Positions 15,997 through 25,224 of a DNA stretch of 64,000 nt are shown here, piece after piece. The notes under the pieces were generated by a model, which was given only the letters and a program-made list of their open reading frames with translations, ran no database searches and was not told where the DNA came from. The stretch is from Nodularia sp. (in: cyanobacteria) (GTDB taxonomy: Bacteria > Cyanobacteriota > Cyanobacteriia > Cyanobacteriales > Nostocaceae): contig REBL01000110.1 of assembly GCA_007692755.1 (NCBI GenBank), positions 8,527-72,526 of the forward strand, read 5' to 3'. Both the position numbers and the translations under genes were made by a program. Within the stretch, counting starts at the first letter, position 1. The number at the start of each line of letters is the position of its first letter.

Positions 15997-16957
15997 TTTG
16001 AATTTCCTCTTTATTTGGGTTTTATTTTTACCACTAAATATAGTGATAGTAGAACTTTTCAAATTATAGAGGAAAGTCAAATTACTTATCTAGTTAACTA
16101 GAGCTTTCTGGAAGATATAAATAAATCATTTATGTCACTAACATTTATTAAAAATTAAGTGTGGAATTCGTTAATGGCTTAAGCTATAGGACTGCAATTT
16201 GATTCTAGAAAATATACTGAGGCTCCAAAGCCCTATTTAACAAGGTTAAAGCTGAAATCACTCTAGTTTTTCGATACAATTTTGTGCATAAACTAAAACA
16301 TTTATGTCCCAATAAACTTTTTGTTGGATCAGCAATTGCCGCTATTAGTCAACACCTGATAGCATCAAAACCCGGATAAATAATGTTTGTTATGTACCTT
16401 GCTAGGGAAATTTAATATTCTGTTCAAACTGAGAATTAAACAATAAATAATATTTTGTTTTGATAACTTTTAGTCAAAAAGTAGTGGTAAATATTACTAG
16501 ATGAATATACAAAGATTGCCTTAATGAAGGATTTTTCCATAGCGATGTACAATAAAACTAACTGCCAAAGGTTCACCCTTACTTCTAGGATCACAGCGAA
16601 GCCACTTTCACCCAAATTGTTGCATCCTGCGGTAAACCTATATGTATTAGAAGTAGGTGATCAACAGCATACCTGTAGGCAACGGAAAAATTGCGTAAAA
16701 CCTGCCTGAAAAAGAGTTAATCAGCTCCTTGGGGCGTGATATTTGGGAATCTCTACAATCACCACAATTTGAGTTTATTTGCAGCTAGTACCGCTGCGCG
16801 GAAGTCAAAAGTCAAAAAGCTTAACTATATAGGCTTGGCATTGATTTTGGATAGTTGTGCTAATTCCGCTGTGCTGGACTAGGATAACCTATCTGCAAAG
16901 ACGACCTATTGACAATTTACCCAAAAGCGTTTCCAGATTTAAAATCTAGAGGAGTCC

Positions 16958-17668
16958 ATGAGTACGACTAATTTTACCAAAGCAGAAAATTCCCATAAAC
17001 GCCCAGAGGAACAACCTCATTTACCAAGGAAAAACTTGATAAAAAATGGTACGAAACATGAAAATTACCAAAAACGGGAGTCTTTACCTGATCGTTCCTC
17101 GTTACAACTTGAAAATCGTGGTCGCGTAGCTATTTTCATTGATGGCGTAAGTCTATTTCATACAGCTTTACAACTCGGTATTGAAATCGACTATCTCAAA
17201 TTGCTGTGCCATTTAACTGGGGGTTCGCGGTTGCTGCGGGCTTTCTTTTACACTGCTGTTGATACCTCTCGACCCAGTACCGCACGTCCACGCCCGAATG
17301 AAAAGCAACAAGGTTTTCTGTTTTGGATGCGTCGCAATGGTTATCGTGTAGTTACTAAAGAAGTTCAGCTGGCAGACCATACCAAGAAACACAATTTGAA
17401 TGTAGAAATTGCTGTGGATATGATTACTTTAGCTCCTTACTATGATACAGCAATTTTAGTTAGTGGAGATAGAGATTTAGCTTATGCTGTAAATGCTGTC
17501 AGCGCCACAGGTTCTCGCGTTGAAGTTGTGAGTTTACGGGCTATAACTAGTGATAGTTTGATTGATGTCGCTGATGAGTTCATTGACCTCGATAGAATTA
17601 AACAACACATTCAGAAAGATTCCCATATCGGCTATAGTTATCGGGTGCTTTCCAATTCCAAACTGTAA
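16958..17668 (+). CDS. NYN-domain (LabA-like, PIN-fold) protein
   Basis: VAIFIDGVSLFHTAL ... FFYTAVD ... ILVSGDRDLAYAVNAV ... GSRVEVVS are the NYN/LabA acidic-residue blocks. GGAG RBS. Confidence 0.7.
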   Translation: MSTTNFTKAENSHKRPEEQPHLPRKNLIKNGTKHENYQKRESLPDRSSLQLENRGRVAIFIDGVSLFHTALQLGIEIDYLKLLCHLTGGSRLLRAFFYTAVDTSRPSTARPRPNEKQQGFLFWMRRNGYRVVTKEVQLADHTKKHNLNVEIAVDMITLAPYYDTAILVSGDRDLAYAVNAVSATGSRVEVVSLRAITSDSLIDVADEFIDLDRIKQHIQKDSHIGYSYRVLSNSKL

Positions 17669-17783
17669 ATCTCCATTGTTAATTGAGCAAATTTGACATT
17701 GGTTACTGCCTACCTACTTAGATGGAGTAGAATGGCGAATTAGGGAATTACTCTGCGTATTTTTTTATTAAATCCTGATTGAG

Positions 17784-18488
17784 ATGGATATTTTAATTGT
17801 TGAGGATGAACTGGAAATTTCTCAGTTAATCCAACATTCTTTAACCAAAGAGGGTTTTTCCTGTCGCATTAGCCGCGATGGCCTCAACGCTTTGCAGATG
17901 TTTCAGGAACAACCACCAGATTTAATTATCCTCGACTTAATGATTCCGGGGTTGGATGGACTGGAAGTGTGTGCAAGGATTCGTCAAAAACCCGGTGCAA
18001 AAGACCCCTATATTTTGATGCTGACAGCTAGGGGTGAGGAAATTGATCGCGTGATTGGTTTATCCACTGGTGCTGATGACTACATGGTTAAACCCTTTAG
18101 TCCCAGAGAATTAGTTGCTAGAGTCCGGGCCTTATTGCGGCGTAGTCTCCGCCAAGGGGGACAGCATCAGGTGAATCGAACTCAACACTTTGTGATTGAT
18201 TTAGACCAACACACTGCGGTTCGGCAGATAAATTCCCAACCAGCTGAAACCTTGGACTTAACTACTTTAGAATTTAATTTATTAAACACCTTTGTCAGTA
18301 ATCCTGGTCGAGTTTGGAACCGGACTCAGTTAATTGATAAACTTTGGGGTAATGATTTTTTTGGTGATGAACGGGTTGTAGATACTCATGTGGCACGATT
18401 GCGGAAAAAAGTTGAGCCTGATTCTGCTAGTCCCACTTTTATTAAAACTGTGGTTGGTGTAGGGTATAAGTTTGAAGATTCCCTGTAA
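17784..18488 (+). CDS. OmpR-family response regulator
   Basis: Receiver domain (ILIVEDE..., DLIILDLMIPGLDG, KPF) plus a winged-helix output domain (TLEFNLLNTF...VWNRTQLIDKLWG...VDTHVARLRKK...GVGYKF). Confidence 0.9.
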   Translation: MDILIVEDELEISQLIQHSLTKEGFSCRISRDGLNALQMFQEQPPDLIILDLMIPGLDGLEVCARIRQKPGAKDPYILMLTARGEEIDRVIGLSTGADDYMVKPFSPRELVARVRALLRRSLRQGGQHQVNRTQHFVIDLDQHTAVRQINSQPAETLDLTTLEFNLLNTFVSNPGRVWNRTQLIDKLWGNDFFGDERVVDTHVARLRKKVEPDSASPTFIKTVVGVGYKFEDSL

Positions 18489-18503
18489 CGTGAGGATAAT
18501 TGC

Positions 18504-19610
18504 ATGGGCTGGCGTTGGGCAAAGTCTTTGCCTCTGGCATCGCGTCTGTTTTTATCCCACCTCGTAGTGATGATTGTGGGGTTAGTTACTCTGGTGACCA
18601 TTAGTGGAATTTCTTCTCCCCGCTTTTTTGTCCTGCACTTGCAAAGGTTAGAAAGTCGAGGGATGAGATTAATTAATATTCGGACTGAATTGGTGCAAGG
18701 ATTTGAAACTGCTTGGCGGCGTAGCACGATTTGGTCTGTGATTGTCGGTAGCACTGCGGCGGGAGGATTAAGTTATTGGGTATCTAAACGAATTATGCTG
18801 CGGTTGACAGAGATGGAACAAATCACTCAAAAGTTTGCAGCTGGTCAGCTAGAGGCGCGATTACCTTTATCTGATATTCCCGAACTGCAAAGGCTGGGGA
18901 CTAGTTTTAATCAGATGGCGGCTAGTTTAGAAGGGGTGGAAGCACGGCGGCGAGAATTAATTGGGGATATGACCCATGAATTGCGGACTCCATTAACGGT
19001 TGTGCGGGGTTACTTAGAGGAACTCGCTGATGGAGAAATGGAACCATCTCCTGAGATTTATCGCCGATTGGCGAAGGAAACGAAGCGGTTAGAGAGGTTA
19101 GTTAACGATTTACAAGAATTATCCAAGGCAGAAGCTGGTTATCTGCCAATTAAGATTCAACCTGTGAATTTATGGCCTTTATTAGAGTCATTAGTGGAAA
19201 AATTTAGCGACCAGCTGCTAGAAGATGGCCCGGTTTTAGGCTGGGAATGTCCCGATTATTTACCGCTGGTGTTAGCAGATATTGACCGCACAGAACAGGT
19301 TTTAGTCAATTTGCTGGGTAATGCTATCCGTCATACTGTCAAAGGTACAATTACTATTCGTGTTTGGGTTGAAGCGTCTCAAATCTGGATTGCAGTTATG
19401 GATACAGGTATTGGTATTTCCCCAGAGGATTTACCCCATGTGTTTGAACGCTTTTGGCGTGCTGACCAATCACGCGATCGCGATTCTGGTGGTACAGGTA
19501 TTGGTTTAACTATAACCCGCCGTTTAGTAGAATTGCAAGGCGGTCGGATTTACGTAGAAAGTCAACTGGGAATTGGTAGCACTTTTGGTTTTTGCTTGCC
19601 TTTGGCATGA
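18504..19610 (+). CDS. Sensor histidine kinase (2 TM, HAMP, HisKA, HATPase_c)
   Basis: H-box MTHELRTPLTVVRGYLE, N-box LVNLLGNAIRHT, G-boxes DTGIGI and GGTGIGLTI. It starts 15 nt after the regulator stop. Confidence 0.9.
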   Translation: MGWRWAKSLPLASRLFLSHLVVMIVGLVTLVTISGISSPRFFVLHLQRLESRGMRLINIRTELVQGFETAWRRSTIWSVIVGSTAAGGLSYWVSKRIMLRLTEMEQITQKFAAGQLEARLPLSDIPELQRLGTSFNQMAASLEGVEARRRELIGDMTHELRTPLTVVRGYLEELADGEMEPSPEIYRRLAKETKRLERLVNDLQELSKAEAGYLPIKIQPVNLWPLLESLVEKFSDQLLEDGPVLGWECPDYLPLVLADIDRTEQVLVNLLGNAIRHTVKGTITIRVWVEASQIWIAVMDTGIGISPEDLPHVFERFWRADQSRDRDSGGTGIGLTITRRLVELQGGRIYVESQLGIGSTFGFCLPLA

Positions 19611-19621
19611 ATACAAAAAAT

Positions 19622-19648
19622 TGACACAAGCAGGTTGCATTTGTGTCA
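19622..19648 (+). terminator. Possible terminator hairpin after the histidine kinase gene
   Basis: TGACACAA-11 nt-TTGTGTCA begins 12 nt after the stop. No clear T-run follows, so this is weak. Confidence 0.3.
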
Positions 19649-20168
19649 TATGAAATTGGTAGGTTGAAAAGCATGGGCAAGAATTATTCTTCCTCCTCTT
19701 TATTTACCATTTCCCAAATGTTTACTTTTCTTATAGCTACTTTTTTGGTAAGTTTACTGACTATATCTGGTGGAGCGGCGATCGCCTACTTATTTCCTCA
19801 AAATCATTCCCCAGACTAAGCAGATTATCTATTGTTTTAATCAAGAATCGTCTATTGTTACCAAGTATTTTGTATAGTTAAGTACCAGGGGTTTAACCCC
19901 TACGACAGTTACTATCTTCATGAATTAATGTAAGTTAATTGACTAAAAATGTGTGACCATTGCAACTTAGCCAATTTTTAGTTTAAATTAAGCCTAAGCA
20001 CTGTTGTAGGTGTTTGCAAGCTGCGGATTATATTTATATTTTAAAAGAATATTAGGGTGACATCAGAAAGAAGAAAATCCCAGTTAAATATATATCTGGA
20101 TTTTTCGCAATCAAATCATATAATAACTGTATTCAGTTTTGTGGGTTTAACCATAAGGAGTGTTAAAA

Positions 20169-20498
20169 ATGAATCAACTACAATTAACTTTACTGATTAG
20201 CTATTTTCTGATGACCTGCTATTTCTTCACCAATTGGCTTAAATTTTCCTTGCGCCATCCTAGTTTTACTCCAGAGGAAAAATTTTTATCTTTTGTGATG
20301 TTTGTGATCACAACTATTTTTTGGCCTTTAACTATTTTGATGAATTTATGGGAAATATTCAATAAACGTAAACTGGAATTGAGGACGATGATTCCGGTTA
20401 TCTTTGCCATATTTGCCTTTAGTTTTTCATACTATTTGACTTATCTGTATGAACATGGTTTTTGCTATAACGATTTATTTTGCTCATTCCCATCCTAA
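20169..20498 (+). CDS. Hypothetical integral membrane protein
   Basis: AAGGAG lies 8 nt upstream of ATG 20169. There are three to four hydrophobic helices and no recognisable motif. Confidence 0.4.
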   Translation: MNQLQLTLLISYFLMTCYFFTNWLKFSLRHPSFTPEEKFLSFVMFVITTIFWPLTILMNLWEIFNKRKLELRTMIPVIFAIFAFSFSYYLTYLYEHGFCYNDLFCSFPS

Positions 20499-20640
20499 TG
20501 TTGAAGAAGTTAAACATATACCCCCTGCATATTTTTCAGTATTTTTGTGTGAAATTGCGGTTGACTCCTAAGATATAAAATTTAAATAAGACCTGACCAC
20601 AACCATAGAATTTTATTTTATACACTAAAAATTAAAACCA

Positions 20641-20811
20641 ATGTTGCCCCCATTTTATCAACCAATTAGCCAACCTCCGGTTTTAAAGTTACCTGATCAT
20701 GCTAGAGTTGCTGTTTGGGTAGTGATGAATGTAGAATACTTCACCTTTGGTAAAATAGGAACTGCGATTCAACCCAATTATTTGATAAAATCTCCCTCCC
20801 CAAAAGATTAA
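20641..20811 (+). pseudogene. Short remnant resembling the N-terminus of a polysaccharide-deacetylase/PuuE-type (urate catabolism) protein
   Basis: The 56-codon ORF MLPPFYQPISQPPVLKLPDHARVAVWVVMNVEYFTFGKIGTAIQPNYL... stops abruptly and runs into a dispersed-repeat patch (20840-20890). The context is purine-catabolism accessory genes. The family call is from memory of the (A)R(V/I)AVWV..N(V/I)E motif only. Confidence 0.3.
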
Positions 20812-21062
20812 AACTTCAACTCCAACTAGAAATCTAAAACCCTCAGCGTACCTTTGCGTTTCCCTTAGCGTACCTCTGCGTTTAAAAAATGGATTTGCCA
20901 AACATCGAAACCTACCTCCAACCAAACCACCTCAGTAGAAAGCATCCTGAAAAATTATCAACCACAGATGCACAACTCCAACATCGGCGTTTGAAAACTC
21001 TTTCAAATCTGTTGGTAAAAACATTCCCAAACAAGAGCTTACTTTGCGGTTCGTGATCATAA

Positions 21063-22013
21063 ATGCTCAAATTCTACCAAAAACTAGCCAAAACTTTAAA
21101 ACAGAATCCCGCAGTTCTAGCCACCGTCACCAGCACCAAAGGTTCAGTACCCAGAGAAGTCGGCGCAAAAATGTTTATTAGCGCTGAAGGAAAAACCTGC
21201 GGCACAATTGGCGGTGGTGCAGGAGAAGCAAAAGTTTATCAGCAAGCCTTAGAAATATTGCAAACAGGCGAGAAAAAATTTGTCGAAATCGATTTAACCG
21301 GCACACCAGCCACTCAAGGCGTATGTGGTGGCACAATGCTCGTATGGTTAGAACGATGGACAGAAACTGAAAACTTACACTTAGTCAACCAAATTATAGA
21401 TATCTTAACATCTGGGGAATCCCTCGCAATTGTCACCCCATTTAATACAGATGCTCAACCCTACTTAGAAACAGCAAACACGCCCAGTTTTCCCCAGTTA
21501 CAAAATCATGCTTTAATCGAAACCTTACTACCACCACCCACACTCTTAATTATTGGTGCGGGACATATAGGCTTTTACCTAGCACAGGTTGCCAAAATAG
21601 CCGGATTTCAAATTATTATACAAGATGATCGCCCTGACTTTGCCACCCCAGAAAGATTTCCCGACGCATTACAGGTACTGGCGCAACCCATCAACTCAAT
21701 TCCCGAAAAACTAGAAAAAATTCCTAATTTATGCGTTGCTTTAGTCACCAGAGGCTATTCACAAGATTTAGAAGCTTTAGAAATGCTCAGTAATTTACAG
21801 CTACAATATATTGGGATGGTCGGTAGCGAGAAACGAGTTAAGACAGTATATAAAAAATTGCAACTTAATCCAGAATTTTTACAAAAAATATATGCCCCTA
21901 TTGGGTTAGATATTGGGGCTTTAACACCAGAAGAAATAGCTGTGAGTATCTGTGCTGAATTAATTAAAGTTCGCCGTGGTGGAACAGGAAATTCCTTATC
22001 TGGCAAAATGTAA
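21063..22013 (+). CDS. XdhC/CoxI-family molybdoenzyme maturation protein
   Basis: The N-terminal XdhC_CoxI block is ATVTSTKGSVPREVGAKMFI...GTIGGG. The C-terminal Rossmann-like block is LLIIGAGHIGFYLAQVAKIAGFQIIIQDDRPDF. Confidence 0.8.
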   Translation: MLKFYQKLAKTLKQNPAVLATVTSTKGSVPREVGAKMFISAEGKTCGTIGGGAGEAKVYQQALEILQTGEKKFVEIDLTGTPATQGVCGGTMLVWLERWTETENLHLVNQIIDILTSGESLAIVTPFNTDAQPYLETANTPSFPQLQNHALIETLLPPPTLLIIGAGHIGFYLAQVAKIAGFQIIIQDDRPDFATPERFPDALQVLAQPINSIPEKLEKIPNLCVALVTRGYSQDLEALEMLSNLQLQYIGMVGSEKRVKTVYKKLQLNPEFLQKIYAPIGLDIGALTPEEIAVSICAELIKVRRGGTGNSLSGKM

Positions 22014-22035
22014 TAATATTATATAGAAACCGAAA

Positions 22036-22668
22036 TTGTCAAATTTTGCGATTATTCTGGCTGCGGGTAAATCTACTCGTATGGGTACTTGTAAAACATC
22101 CCTACCTTGGGGTGAAGGAAAAACTCTATTAACCTATCAAATAGAACAGTGGTTAAGTGTAGATTTTACGCCTGTGGTAGTGCTGGGTTTACACAATAGC
22201 CAGAAACAGCAAGATTGTCCTTCAGATAGCTTGACTGTGATTAATCCTGATGCTAGTTCTGGGAAAACTACTTCAATTTTGACAGGTTTACAAAATATTC
22301 CCCCAGACTTTGATATTTTAGCAATTTCGGCTGTTGACCAACCCAGGAAATTAACTATTTACCAAAAACTTATCTCAGCCCATAAAACTAATTTATCATT
22401 GATAACTGCCCCCACCTATCATGGTAAAATGGGGCATCCCATACTGCTGGGAAATGAGATGCGATCGCACTTAGAAAATATTCATGAAAATACTTTAGGT
22501 TTGCGTCAAGTTATCCAGGATTTTCACTCAGTCATTTATCAAGTTGAATTTGATAATTCGGCTATATTACTAGATATTAACACACCGGAAATATATCGAG
22601 AGCAACTATTAAAGCTCAAGTCACCATCTCAAATTCTAATTGATGACTCTGGCGAAAATCATGAGTGA
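22036..22668 (+). CDS. MobA/MocA-like nucleotidyltransferase (molybdenum cofactor cytidylyl/guanylyl-transferase family)
   Basis: The N-terminal motif is ILAAGKSTRMG. The size of 210 aa and the position directly after xdhC fit. The start codon is TTG. Confidence 0.7.
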   Translation: MSNFAIILAAGKSTRMGTCKTSLPWGEGKTLLTYQIEQWLSVDFTPVVVLGLHNSQKQQDCPSDSLTVINPDASSGKTTSILTGLQNIPPDFDILAISAVDQPRKLTIYQKLISAHKTNLSLITAPTYHGKMGHPILLGNEMRSHLENIHENTLGLRQVIQDFHSVIYQVEFDNSAILLDINTPEIYREQLLKLKSPSQILIDDSGENHE

Positions 22669-23113
22669 AATGATCCACCACATTAGTATCAGCCAGTTCT
22701 AGATTATAAAAATCCACAAAGTCATGCTCAAAATAAGGGCCAGCGTGCCAAGTACCCTGATTTAACTTAATGAAGCAATCTCCCGGTATGCGGAAAGCCG
22801 CAATTTCTGCTAATACTGGTTGATTCAAATCATTATGAGGAGGACAAACCGCAATTAACCAATCCTTTCCTGCCAAAGAACCTAAACATTGGGTACATTG
22901 TAAATGGCGAGTAATTTTATCAAACTTGCGTCCGCGTTTTTCTAGCCTCATAATATAAAATCGTGGTGTGCCATTTTGCAGGTTTAATTGGGCATCTTCC
23001 CCATCAAAAGTTTTCCCATCGTCACTAGCGGAAATTACCTGTCCATAACGCCGAAAATTTTCTGGTGTGATCCATTGCGCCTGTAATTGTTTTACTGTCT
23101 GCGATGTACTCAT
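22616..23113 (-). CDS. Ureidoglycolate-lyase-family (cupin-like) protein
   Basis: The size and the motifs FRRYGQVI ... FYIMRL ... ITRHLQCTQCLG ... GTWHAGPYF match my memory of the PF04115-type family. It converges with the MocA-like gene and overlaps it by 53 nt. Confidence 0.55.
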   Translation of the reverse strand: MSTSQTVKQLQAQWITPENFRRYGQVISASDDGKTFDGEDAQLNLQNGTPRFYIMRLEKRGRKFDKITRHLQCTQCLGSLAGKDWLIAVCPPHNDLNQPVLAEIAAFRIPGDCFIKLNQGTWHAGPYFEHDFVDFYNLELADTNVVDHFTHDFRQSHQLEFEMVT

Positions 23114-23203
23114 AAACTTAACTACCTATATTAATATCGGCATAATTATAGGATATTATCTTTTTCTGTCTACTCGCACCCGCATCTGCTATGAGGTTCA
23201 TCT

Positions 23204-24199
23204 ATGCCAATCTATGTTTACTGGGGTGAAGATGATTTCGCCATCGAAAAAGCAGTTACAATATTACGCGATCGCATACTCGATCCTTTATGGACAAGCT
23301 TTAACTATACATCTTTATCCCCAGACCAACCCGATGCCGCAATTTCAGGTTTAAATCAAGTCATGACACCGCCCTTTGGTGCTGGTGGACGGTTGGTGTG
23401 GCTAATTAATACTACCCTGTGTCAGCATTGCCCAGAAAATGTTTTAGCAGAACTAACGCGCACCCTATCAGTAATTCCCGAAAACTCCTGGTTATTACTC
23501 ACCAGCCGCAACAAACCAGATGAACGCCTGAAAGCTACAAAATTGCTGAAAAAATCCGCCAATGAATTTCGAGAATTTCCCCTCATCCCACCTTGGAAAA
23601 CAGAATTATTGGTACAGTCAGTAAATCAAGCTGCTCAAACTGTGGGAGTGAAACTAACTCCCCGGACTGCGGAAATTTTAGCAGAAGCTGTAGGTAATGA
23701 TACACGACTGCTGTATAACGAAATGGAAAAACTACGTCTTTATACATCAAATAGCGGTAAACCTTTAGACGTAGAGACCATTACACAATTAGTCAGAAAT
23801 ACTACACAAAATAGTTTACAATTAGCAGCAGCGATTAGAATGGGAGAAACAGCTAAAGCTTTAACTATTTTGGCTGATCTCATTAACGCCGCAGAACCGG
23901 GATTGAGAATAGTTGCTACTCTTATAGGTCAGTTTCGTACTTGGTTATTGGTCAGGATTGCTATAGAAAGTGGGGAACGCAATCCCCAAGCCATCGCCCA
24001 ATTAGCCGAGGTTAGTAACCCCAAACGTATTTACTTTTTACAACAAGAAGTCAAATCACTTTCTGTAAAGCAACTAGTCTCATGCTTACCACTACTACTA
24101 GAGTTAGAAGTGAGTCTCAAGCAAGGATACACTGAAGTATCTGCACTCCAGACCAAAGTAATAGAACTTTGTCACGTATGCCAAAGGGGCGGACATTAA
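23204..24199 (+). CDS. holA: DNA polymerase III delta subunit
   Basis: MPIYVYWGEDDFAIEKAV... is the typical cyanobacterial HolA N-terminus. The length is about 330 aa, with an LYNEMEKL clamp-loader-like helical C-terminal half. Confidence 0.75.
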   Translation: MPIYVYWGEDDFAIEKAVTILRDRILDPLWTSFNYTSLSPDQPDAAISGLNQVMTPPFGAGGRLVWLINTTLCQHCPENVLAELTRTLSVIPENSWLLLTSRNKPDERLKATKLLKKSANEFREFPLIPPWKTELLVQSVNQAAQTVGVKLTPRTAEILAEAVGNDTRLLYNEMEKLRLYTSNSGKPLDVETITQLVRNTTQNSLQLAAAIRMGETAKALTILADLINAAEPGLRIVATLIGQFRTWLLVRIAIESGERNPQAIAQLAEVSNPKRIYFLQQEVKSLSVKQLVSCLPLLLELEVSLKQGYTEVSALQTKVIELCHVCQRGGH

Positions 24200-24303
24200 A
24201 TATAAAAATTTAGTTGACAGAGAATTCTCTGGAACTTCTCAGGCTAAAAATAATTCAAAGCTATTAACATATCCCTACTATACTTCCGTGTGTCATAGAC
24301 TTT

Positions 24304-24774
24304 ATGAAAAGAATTCCTAATTTATTTTTTCAAACTAGCCTGCAACATCTATTTCCCCGGAGTTTATTCTTCGGTATGCTTACCACTGCTAGTTTAGTTA
24401 CCAGCAGTATGACCTTCAGTTCCCATGTCAATGCTCAAACACCTGCGGTTAAAAATACTGATGACATTACCAGCTACGCCCAAGCTGTGTTGGCAATGGA
24501 AACACCGCGTCAACAGGCTTTTGATGAAATTAAGAAACTAATTGGGGATAGAGAAATACCCAAAATTATTTGTAACGATCCTAAAAGCATGAATAGCCTA
24601 CCACGGCAGGCTCAAGATATCGCAGTTACTTACTGTAATAACTCTCAAAAAATAGTTGAAGATAATGGACTCAGTATTGATCGATTTAATAAAATTACTT
24701 TAGAGTTACAAAATAACAACAACTTAAAACGACAAGTTTATAATACATTGATCCGCCTGCAAAAAACTCCATAA
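24304..24774 (+). CDS. Secreted DUF4168-like protein
   Basis: A signal-like N-terminus is followed by YAQAVLAMETPRQQAFDEIKK ... IVEDNGLSIDRFNKITLELQNN, the duplicated helical motif of DUF4168. Confidence 0.55.
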   Translation: MKRIPNLFFQTSLQHLFPRSLFFGMLTTASLVTSSMTFSSHVNAQTPAVKNTDDITSYAQAVLAMETPRQQAFDEIKKLIGDREIPKIICNDPKSMNSLPRQAQDIAVTYCNNSQKIVEDNGLSIDRFNKITLELQNNNNLKRQVYNTLIRLQKTP

Positions 24775-25224
24775 TCTCGGTAGAATAAATTCCTAAAAAT
24801 ACCCTGAGATTACGCCAAGGCTAAGGATAACTTATTGGCGATGAGAAACTAATAACTATTAATCATTTTCGTTTTTACGAGTCGATGTTTAAAGACTGTA
24901 ACACTAGTGGCTACAATTTTGCAGGTTCTCAAGCTACTCCTGATAGACTTATTTGTACACCTAACTTTATTGGTGGCTCTGGTAATGAACTCAGCATGGT
25001 TATAAGGTCAAAAAAATCAATTTTCTAGACAACAATCTGATATTTGTCGTCTTTTACCACCAGGACGAAGCAGAAAAAGACATAGTGCTTTTTGGATGGG
25101 CTTGTATGGTTATAGCGGAAACCAGTTTGATTGATGAAAAAAATTAAGTCCTGTAAACTTAGGTTGGGTTGAGTAACCAAACCCAACCTAAAATTTTTTA
25201 CAACATTTTAAGCGTACCACGCCA

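Noticed and set aside
15904-16101. 65-aa plus-strand ORF, and the long (112-aa) form of the G3 precursor
   Set aside because: The plus ORF is antisense to the G3 leader. The 28 extra N-terminal codons of the long form precede a good GAGGAAA RBS plus ATG at 15996, so the short form is preferred.
16524-16709. 61-aa ORF in the 880-bp AT-rich gap
   Set aside because: It has no RBS, no leader-like or GG motif, and a composition typical of random AT-rich sequence.
18386-18754. 122-aa minus-strand ORF spanning the response-regulator/kinase junction
   Set aside because: It is antisense to two well-supported genes.
19673-19750. Apparent small hydrophobic peptide gene after the histidine kinase
   Set aside because: On first reading it looked like a 48-aa TM peptide. 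Codon-by-codon translation from ATG 19673 hits TAA at 19748 after 25 codons, which is too short and unsupported.
20689-20925. 78-aa minus-strand ORF
   Set aside because: It lies over the deacetylase-like remnant and a dispersed-repeat patch. Its translation is repeat-derived (..RGTLRETQRYAEGF..).
23067-23354. 95-aa plus-strand ORF overlapping the holA start and the ureidoglycolate-lyase start
   Set aside because: It is in an alternative frame to holA, whose N-terminus MPIYVYWGEDDF is the recognisable one.
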